The translations under genes were made by a program, and so were the position numbers. Positions 47,439 to 55,646 of a DNA stretch of 55,646 bases are shown here, piece by piece. The stretch spans positions 1-55,646 of the forward strand of contig NIVC01002172.1 in assembly GCA_002269645.1 (NCBI GenBank). Direction: 5' to 3'. Below the pieces are notes generated by a model. That model was not told the origin of the DNA and ran no database searches. It saw nothing but the letters and a program-made list of their open reading frames with translations. Every line of letters starts with the position of its first letter. The stretch's first letter is position 1. The DNA comes from Macrostomum lignano. Lineage: Eukaryota.

Positions 47439-50400
47439 ATGCCAGGCCGCGCCAGCGCGCTTTTCCTCATCGTGGCCTCCTTGTGGGGGGCCTGCTCTGC
47501 GGCTTCGATTCACGTTGGTAAGCTTCCTCTTCTTCACAAGCTTTCACAGGGATTCATTTTCACACTAAATTCAATGGAATTCACTGGAACTAGTGACTCC
47601 AACTTCAGGTGTTAGCGATCAGCAGAGCGTGCTAGACGAATTTGCGGCTATGAACAGCAGTCAGTTGAGCAGCCTATTTGGAAACAATACCGTGACCTTT
47701 AACCAATCAACGTGCCTTCGGGAAGGACTAGCGCAGATATTACACTTGTGAGAGCTCTAACCAAAAATAATTAAGGTTGCTCATTTTACTCGTCATCTTC
47801 CCTCGCAATTTACCTTTGTTGTTTTGGGGTAGTTCGTGCATTCGTGACACAAGTGAAAGTACGAGCTAAAGACTTTGCTTACTTCAATAAAGGTCGCACA
47901 TTCCTCTTCTTTGATAAAAATATAAATCAGTAGCCATAGCCACAGTGGCCGTAGCTGGTCTTTGTGGTGCAGTACTGACAAAACCGACCCTCTTTCAGTT
48001 GTAAACTCCATCCGAAGCGAGTCATTCAGCCTAGTAATCGGCACCTTCAACGAGTTGCTCGCGTCTGCCTGCTCTTTTCTGACAATCCCATTCTATTCGC
48101 TGAGCGAGAAGACGCTGGACCCGGCGCTAACTTCTTCTAGCTACCTGAGCGACAGCACGACTCTGCTGGCAAATGCTCTGCTGGATGAGCTGATGCTAGC
48201 TTCTGTTAACCTCACGACTCAAGTCGGAAAGCGAGAAACCATCGTCATGCTCGTTGACGATGTTGGAGCAAGTGAGTTTCCCGGGTCCGAACAAATACTC
48301 GTAGCTATGTTGAGCTTCCGCGACAACTAAGAACCAAAGCATTGTACCTCAAGCTAAGTGCAGGGTCTTTTCTACTCACAACTAAAAATCAAAGCATTGT
48401 ACCTCAAGCTAAGTGCAGGGTCTTTTCTACTCACAACTAAAAATCAAATCATTGTACCTCAAGCTAAGTGCAGGGTCTTTTCTACTCACAACTAAAAATC
48501 AAAGCATTGTACCTCAAGCTAAGTGCAGGGTCTTTTCTACTCACAACTAAAAATCAAATCATTGTACCTCAAGCTAAGTACAGGGCCTTTTCTACTCACA
48601 ACTAAAAATCAAAGCATTGTACTTCAAGCTAAGTGCAGGATCTTTTCTACTCACAACTAAAAATCAAAGCATTGTACCTCAAGCTAAGTACCATTTGCTT
48701 CACTGCTCTCAATCTTACCCGCAGGGCTCAACATCCTGTTTGAGAGGAACATCACGCTGGAGTTTCGCATATCTGTGGTGAACTCCAGCAATAGCCCGGA
48801 GATTCGACAGCAGCTGTATGAAACAACTCTGTATTCACCTGTAGATTCCACTGTCTACATGATTGTCTCAAAGCAGCCCGGGTTCGCGTCGAGCATCCTA
48901 AAAGAAGTATGATATAATCTAAGTTAGAAAATAGGCAATTTAAATGTGCATAAAACACAGAACCACTTTTTCACAGACATCCTTTTCTCTCATAGAAAGG
49001 GGTATTAAAATAAACATCTTTAGCCATAAAGCAATAAAATGTTTTTGTTTTTGGCCAAAAAGTTAGGATCAAATGTGAATACAAGCTAAAATCGCGAGTT
49101 TTTCCCTATCCTTTTTGGGAGTTATTGGCGGATATTAGCCAATAAAGGTCTGTTTTGTCTGCTTTTGGGGGGACATAATGTTGAGACTTTTGCATCGGTG
49201 TTCTGCTGCATGAATAATGGCTTCTAAAAACGCACCTATTTTTATATCCTCGAGTCATTAAAAAACTTTGGTTGCGTCAAAATAAGGTCCAAAACTCGTT
49301 TTAACTTGTATACGAGCTATTTGCATAGGAATCCTGTGTGACGAAACGAATGTGTTTCGATGGAATCAAAGTTTTATTGAAAAACAACCTTTGCATCTTC
49401 ATGCAGGCTGTATACCTCAGCATGTTGAAGAGCTCTGCCATCTGGATCGTTCCGGAACTGGTAAAACTGCTCAATTGTATTAATTTTTACTCAGACATGT
49501 TTCGTGTATATATACTTTTTAATGTGCTCCACTGCCTCTATGCTACAGTTTCTTGATCAAAGCGAGATTCTCCCCTTCTATGCCACGGGAGCGAGCATCA
49601 TCACCTTCCGGCTGCCGAACCCTGCAATCACTAATGATGCCCAGCTCAACATGTCCCTGGCTAGTGACGTCATCTCTCACTTCATCGCCAGCTATGAGAA
49701 GAATGTCACTAACGCCACTATTATGGAAAAAATTTTCATGGTACGCTCATCATTTTTTTAAATGCGCGATGCAAAGAAAACCCAGAATCTCTTGTGATCT
49801 ATTTTGATAACGAGTTAGTACCCAAGGACCAATCAATTAGAAAAACACGAAGCTACGGTCTTTGGAAATTTTTAGGAGGCAGGTTTACCGAAAAAAATAC
49901 ATTACGGAGAATGGAGCTTCTTTTTTTGTAAGCAAAAAATGTAAATTTCTTTTGATAGCAGACAAAATTTTCATATTTTGATACGACTTAACTTTCTAAT
50001 AACTCAATTGACATTTGTAGAGCTTTTTGTTTGAAAAATTTGAATTCTATGTTAATTTGATGTTTATGTCCTACCATAAAATTAAATGGAAATAAATTAA
50101 GGTATATCAAAAGTTTAAAATTGGGTCTGCCTTCGACTAAAAGCAATTACAAAATTTTGCTTACAAAATGAGAACTTCCATTCTCCGTACTGTATTTTTC
50201 AGTAAAACCGGCCTCCTAAAAGTTTCCAAGGACCGTAGTTTCCTGTCCTTCTACTTGACTAGTCCCTGTCAGTACCACGATTCAGACTATTGAAGCATCC
50301 CATCACTCTGAGGGAGAATCTGGGAGACTGAAATCGCAGTGACTTTGTCTTCCTGTTGGTTGCCAGCTGCTTCTAAGACACTTCTACCCATCTAGCCATA

Positions 50401-53400
50401 AATGAAAGTCCTGCAGGCCTCAGATGTCAAAATATACTCACCGTTTCGCTTGTTGCTCCGCAGACAACCACCGTCGGATCAGTGTCGATAATGCACTTTA
50501 ACTCGGTGGACAGACGTCTGGACATGTTCGCTGCTGATCTGATGAGCGTGGATTCTGGCTCGGCGACAAATCTGACGCTGGTAATTCGGACACTTAATTT
50601 GCCGGCTGCATTTTCAAACTTTAAATCACAATAATGCTATGCATATGTGAGTGTCTGATTCGGCCAAGCACTGGAAAGTGGGATGTCAACTGCAGTTGGA
50701 ATGGAGCCAGAAGTTTAGCTCTGGACCAAACCGACTGCAATGACCGGACCTAACGTGCCCGACCAGTGCACAGGCTCGCTGGGAATTGAGTTATTGATTG
50801 CAGTCGGTTTGGTCTCGAGCTTTACTTTGTACTGCATTCTAGAGCCTGAAGTTCGACTGAAATCCAAAGGAAGCAATTTGAATGGGGTGTCTCGTTGTTT
50901 CTACCGGTAGTCTTTAGTTGCCAGAGTTAACATTCCCTTTACCGATTACTTCTGTTCTATATTTGAGCTGAAACTGAATCAACTTGTTCTGCTCTGCAGT
51001 ACGCCACGTGGAACGAGTCGGTGTCAAACAGCCTCCAGTCCTCGAGAACGAAGGAAACTCTGAAGTTGCCGGTGCTGCGCCTCGCCGGAGATTTGGTAAG
51101 TGAATTTCGCATTGCTGCAACAATTGAGTTTAAATCAGCTGATTTATTGGTTATTTGCTCAGGTACACTCAATGCCGTAACGTCAGCCTTTTTTTCTCAG
51201 GGCACTTTCATCTTTTAGTATGCTATGAGCACATTAGCTAATATGCGACTTCGACATCGTGTGCCGTAAATTCTAATCAAGTGATGCAACTTGTTCCTCC
51301 CCGTTAGGTAAAGCCTTACCTGATGGGAGTGTCTGGTGGATATTCTGGCTACAGCATTAGTGTGCTGGAGAAGATCAGTAAAGACTTGTTCACTTACGAC
51401 CTAACCAGCTTGAAGCTTGGACCCAACTACTTTGAGTTGGTCCAGAAAGGGGTGAGATGCTGCAGCAAAGTTTTTCGCATTCATTTCTTTAATATTTTGT
51501 CAGAGCCAATAGAATAACTAGATATGTCATTCGCAATAAATGTAGTGTAAAAAAACTGGTGCCCATCATCATGAGCCTCCTACTCTATCCTTCAATTGGG
51601 CGACGAGTGACTGGAAGTTTTTGAGAAACATATCGTCAGCCCCGCCCTACTGGGGGTTACCTCTCATTCCGCCGAAACGCGTTTTGCCGGAAAGGTCATT
51701 TCACAACCCGCGACGGAAAATTATTGCTCTATGGGTGGGACGCAGCTAAGACAGTCGAGAGATGTCTATGATCTAAAGCGAATTCGCACATAAGAGCAGA
51801 AAATCCTGCTGTGCTCGCTTTTAGAGTAGAAGATAAACTCGTAATAACACTGAGAGCACCATGGCTCAAGCAGCTATTATACGAGCTGAGTGTATATCTT
51901 CCATCTATCTACAGTATCGGTCTGATACGCTCGTGGTTAGAAACTATTGACCTTTTCGGCGAAATGCGTTTCGGCAGTACCCCCCTACTGGGGGTTGTGG
52001 GAGCTTCAAAAGCTTTGAATATTCCAAAATTAAAACCATTTATTTCCCTTTTATGGTTAAAAAAGCGACTACATCTTTTTTAGACTGAAAAACATAATCG
52101 GCATTGAAAAAGCCACCCTAGAGAATTGGCAGAAGTGGCGGTTTTCAATGTTGCCGAGTATCAGATGAACGCATTTTTCGGGAGTGACATACCCAGTTAT
52201 TCTAGTATCTGTGGTTTCCATAAGCACAACACTCAGCTCATTCGCTCCGTAAACCTTAGGAAGCAGACATGACAGTTAACCTGGTGGAGCTGACAATAGC
52301 CCATATCAACGACACGCGCGTCTCATTTAGTGAGGTCCCATTGATGAGCAGCGGTGTCGCCGCCATGGGAAGATCGGCCATTAAAGAAGTGGACTTCCTC
52401 AGCCCCTTGTACCCGCTCACATGGAACGTTTGGTTCGCCATTATCGCAGCCTTCATTATCTTGTCGGCCACGCTATACCTGACGGACAAGATCAGCCCGA
52501 ACGACTACAAGCGACCGAAATTCAGCGTTGCCAAGGCGGCCTTTTTTGTTTATTCCTCATTCGTAATGTCGAAGCTGAAGTCCTCGGCAGTGAAGCCAAG
52601 CTCTCGGATTTTCATTCTAATTCTGTGGTTCGCCTCCCTGATGTACTGCACAACGTACGGCACTAATTACTTTTTCCTTCTGATTCGCACCAACCCGAAC
52701 CTACCGTTCACGAACATGCAAGGCCTGTACGATGAGAGAGACAACTACGAACTGCTGATGGTTCAGAACAGCACGGAGTACGCTTTGATGCGAGCGCAGA
52801 ACTCCAGCTCTGTGTACTGGAAATTGGCCGCGTCCCCGCCAACTTTCGTCCCCAGCATCGAAGCGGCTGCCAACATAGTAAAGAACTCGACCCTGCCAGG
52901 TCGGAAGAAGCCGATCTACATCGGCGATGAGCTCTCGGTGAATTATTACGCGGCTGGCGTCTGCGAATTAAAATCCGCCGGCAAGGGGGAGCTCTCCCGG
53001 AGTATGCACATCGTGCTCAGCAGCTCTTTGGACAAGAATCTCATTAGTAACATCAATAACCGCATCCAGGAGCTCAGCGACCGAGGCGAGCTAGAGCAGA
53101 TAAAAAATAAGTAAGTAAATTGATGGATAGTTACAATCAAAGCTGATAGCGTGTCGCTCCCGACCTTCGTAATTGTGCTAAGTTACTACCGGCCTACCGG
53201 CACTTTTGTGACCTGAGCTACAAAATTTTGAACCCATTGATGTTGATAAATGGAGAAGCTTTCGAACCGACACGAATTCAATCGCTCCTTTTCAGTTACT
53301 GGTCCGTGCTGCTCTGCTCAGCTAGTGAGAACCTGATCACCTATTCCGAGCTAACAGAGGTGACAATCGACCAAGTTGCGGGCATCTTCATGGTGCTTGC

Positions 53401-54297
53401 GGGCGCTTTTGTCCTGTCATTCCTCGTAGTAGCAATGGAGTACATTGGCTACATAATCGGGCTTCAGGTTCAGCGAACTGTAAGCTGCCATTACTGAATG
53501 CTTTTTTATTGCTTCATGGCAATTACATTTCTGATTGCTTCCCTCGGATAGTCTTACTACCCACACTACCCAGGGGCTGTAGCCTAGTGGTTAGAGCGTC
53601 GGACTCGCGACTGAAAGGTCTGGGGTTCGATTCTCGATCCCACTTGGAATAATTTGTGTCCTTGAGCAAGACTTTAACTCTTCATTGCTTCAGTTCACCC
53701 AGCTGTAAAATGGGTGCCAGCATTAGCTAGGGTAACTGAGGGTGTGTGGCGACACCCCAGTCCTTGTACTGAACAGCCGTACGCAGCCTTCAGATGCGCC
53801 GCGCAATAGCTGCGGCTGAGCTATCGGTTGCACATCTGCTGATTGGTGCAGGTGTAATCAATTATTGTTATGTCACTACCCATGCTACTTTGTAAGTAGC
53901 ATATTGTGTAAATAGTATGATGTCACAGCAACGTTTTACTCTGGCAGAGAGCCGACCCGGACTTGGAATTCAACAAGGCCTACCGCGCCCTCGTCACCAG
54001 CATCACCCCGACCGGAGTCTACGTGAAGCTGCACGGCGAGAAGATTCATACCGAATCAGATGCTGTCCCCAGATGCGTCCAAGGTGAGGCCTTATGCTCG
54101 CATGCTATATTTGGGCTTGAATCCAAAATTTGCAGACTGCTTACCAACTCTTTAAACAATCACACAATTGCAGGGCATGACAGCCTCGGATCTGCAGATT
54201 TCATGCGGCTCTATTGATCGAGATCACCTACCTGGGCAACGATCCGCCGAAGGCTACCGAATCTTCCACAGGCGTGGCTGAGACACTCGGGCGCTGA
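47439..54297 (+). CDS. Divergent ionotropic glutamate receptor-family subunit (~850 aa, 13 exons)
   Basis: Exons 47439-47517 (signal peptide MPGRASALFLIVASLWGACSA), 47609-47747, 47999-48271, 48725-48906, 49407-49460, 49549-49740, 50464-50580, 51000-51095, 51308-51451, 52260-53110, 53296-53479, 53948-54083 and 54174-54297 (or 54217). It shows S1 (EADM...LTI...VSFS..P), FLSP pre-M1, M1-M2-M3, S2 with a Cys pair and M4 (VAGIFMVL). The exon 2/3 junction and the last two exons need frame corrections. Confidence 0.85.
48336..48690. repeat. 55-bp minisatellite, about 6.4 copies, in iGluR intron 3
   Basis: AAAGCATTGTACCTCAAGCTAAGTGCAGGGTCTTTTCTACTCACAACTAAAAATC starts at 48336, 48391, 48446, 48501, 48556, 48611 and 48666 (partial). 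Confidence 0.95.
49818..50275. mobile_element. Foldback/MITE-like element with ~180-190-bp inverted arms
   Basis: The left arm (CTACGGTCTTTGGAAATTTTTAGGAGGC...TACGGAGAATGGAG...TGTAAGCAAAA) is the reverse complement of the right arm (TTTTGCTTACA...TTCCATTCTCCGTA...GCCTCCTAAAAGTTTCCAAGGACCGTAG). Non-coding and AT-rich. Confidence 0.8.
50685..50857. repeat. Small hairpin/MITE-like inverted repeat
   Basis: Perfect 18-bp inverted pair GACCAAACCGACTGCAAT (50724-50741) / ATTGCAGTCGGTTTGGTC (50797-50814), with degenerate outer arms. Confidence 0.75.
51640..52000. mobile_element. MITE-like inverted-repeat element in iGluR intron
   Basis: 51671-51698 and 51948-51975 are inverted with 25/28 matches, and both ends carry CCCTACTGGGGGTT. 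Confidence 0.6.
52260..53110 (+). CDS. iGluR core exon: end of S1, M1, M2, M3 and most of S2
   Basis: ORF 52269-53114: DFLSPLYPLTWNVWFAIIAAFIILSATLYLTDKISP, SSRIFILILWF, FTNMQGL, NINNRIQELSDRGELEQIKNK; acceptor ccttag|GAA, donor AA|gtaagt. Confidence 0.92.
53573..53873 (+). mobile_element. tRNA-derived CORE-type SINE with 9-bp target-site duplication
   Basis: tRNA-like head with A box TAGCCTAGTGG and B box GGTTCGATTC. TGTGTCCTTGAGCAAGACTTTAAC...TCAGTT...CTGTAAAATGGG resembles the CORE (MIR-type) domain. CACTACCCA flanks both sides (53564-53572, 53874-53882). Confidence 0.85.
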
Positions 54298-54302
54298 ATA
54301 AA
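54297..54302 (+). promoter_or_regulatory. Polyadenylation signal AATAAA overlapping the putative iGluR stop (TGAATAAA)
   Basis: TGA at 54295-54297 is followed directly by ATAAA. Confidence 0.5.
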
Positions 54303-54759
54303 GTTGCTGCTATTGCAAACGGTTGTTGACGTTGAGGACTGAATTGAGGTGCACTTTTAAAACTCATATGATCTCAAATGTAGTATTTATTCAGCAAAAG
54401 TATCATCTTTGATACCTTTGTTACCAATATTTACTGATGATTAAGAGGTACTATCGGTAACAAGTATTTATTAACGCTCATATTAATGCAAAACTGGTCA
54501 ATAAAATATTCTTCACTATATATCATGCTACTATGCCAATATATTATAAAAACAGGCTGTTCGTATGAACTTTCCATGCGGTGAATCCGCTATGCCGGAT
54601 AGAGTATGCACAAATGAATTTGAGTTGTATAAACAGAGCGTTCACTGCACTAGATTCAAGTCGAACGGTTAGTGGATGCCGTACTTAAAGCTATGAGCAT
54701 ATGCCAACGGCCCCGAAATACTTCGTACGGCTCGTATTTTGCCTTTAAAGCTCTCTTCG

Positions 54760-54915
54760 CAGTGTTGGGCACTTCCGTTACCGAGTAACTTGTAAATGGT
54801 AACGCAAGTTACTTTTTCGTAAAGCGTTCCTTACGCAAGTTACTTTCCTATTTTGGTAACGGAGTAACGGTAAGTTACTCAAATTTCGGAAGTCCGTTAC
54901 AGTTACTTTGCAACA
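54760..54915. mobile_element. Truncated non-autonomous DNA transposon end (hAT-like)
   Basis: Starts CAGTGTTGGG, followed by many GTAAC/GTTAC subterminal motifs in both orientations. No matching right end was seen. Confidence 0.5.
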
Positions 54916-55190
54916 ATCGCAATATTTAAATTTAAAACTGATATGCTTAGCTATTACTCCAGTTGTCACATTTTTAGCATTTTTCATTCCTAAATTCAAA
55001 ACTAAGTGAATAATATCATACGGTATTACGCTGTAATTAATAAAGAAATACTTGAAACATGTTTTTACTTTGTTATTTTCGGTAAAATATTTTTGCTTTT
55101 CGTTTTTAAGTTAATAAAAATATTTTGTTTAGTTCTTAGAAACAAACAACCAAAGAAAGAAATTCATCTGTAGTCTCCACAAATCCACTC

Positions 55191-55474
55191 AGTGATCGAC
55201 GTAGCCAGGAATTTTAATTGGGGGGGGGGGCGGGTTGGCCTGGCTGGCCATGCCTCATGCCATTGCCACTTTTAGCGCCGCAGGCACTCATTTAAGCGCC
55301 GCAAGCACTCATTTAAGCGCCGCAGGCACTCATTTAAGCGCCGCAGGCACTCAATCGCCTCATGGTTTTTGGTACCCGCCACGCCCAACCCCACCCCCCA
55401 GGTGGGGTGTCTTGCAGGTGGGGTGAAGTTGCCGCCCAACGATTGTTAAGGCGGCCTCCCTGGCTACACCACTA
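55191..55474. mobile_element. MITE with GTAGCCAGG/CCTGGCTAC terminal inverted repeats and an internal 21-bp tandem repeat
   Basis: GTAGCCAGG at 55201-55209 and CCTGGCTAC at 55459-55467, a poly-G tract, and TTTAAGCGCCGCAGGCACTCA x4 at ~55270-55353. Confidence 0.65.
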
Positions 55475-55646
55475 AAGTCCACTGGCACTGCACTGCACTG
55501 CACAATAATTTAATATTATGATAAATTGAAAATAAATAAAAAGACTAGTAAAGCAGACTATAGAGTGGAGTAAAGCCAGGTACTTATTACGAGCGATGTA
55601 TTATCAAGGACAACTGAAGTTACGTTAAGTTGTCCTTGTGTATTAT

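Noticed and set aside
47776-47892. Possible extra iGluR exon (RAFVTQVKVRAKDFAYFNK)
   Set aside because: Weak splice sites, no iGluR resemblance, and it does not fix the exon 2 phase conflict.
53573-53645. Functional tRNA gene
   Set aside because: The acceptor and T stems pair poorly, and the sequence continues into a CORE-like body bounded by a TSD, so it is a SINE head.
55235-55426. ORF with AAGTHLS repeats
   Set aside because: It is just the translation of the 21-bp tandem repeat inside a MITE.

Overview
Eukaryotic (invertebrate-like) genomic DNA with GT-AG introns and CTGAC/CTAAT-type branch sites. It holds two spliced + strand genes. (1) From 239 to 46282 lies the 3' part of a giant secreted-type repeat protein whose start is upstream of the window. 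Its architecture is WSC - [LCCL - hemicentin/VWA7-type VWA] x2 - about 77 tandem, strongly cationic WSC domains in 61 symmetric phase-1 exons - VWA - WSC - stop, roughly 8,800 codons in the window. The WSC array is a near-identical exon+intron tandem repeat (1929-bp unit) with a 3347-bp higher-order repeat, a chimeric exon and gene-conversion tracts. It also has several 1-nt deletions and two scrambled segments that look like long-read assembly errors. (2) From 47439 to about 54297 lies a highly divergent ionotropic glutamate receptor-family gene. It has altered ligand-binding, pore and gate motifs. Its cytoplasmic tail resembles the S1 RNA-binding domain of mitochondrial PNPase (PNPT1), but the second half of that match needs two +1 frame corrections. 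Its introns and 3' flank hold a CORE-type tRNA-SINE with a 9-bp TSD, a 55-bp minisatellite and several inverted-repeat (MITE-like) elements. The organism cannot be determined from the sequence; a free-living flatworm such as Macrostomum is only a guess. All coordinates were read by eye.
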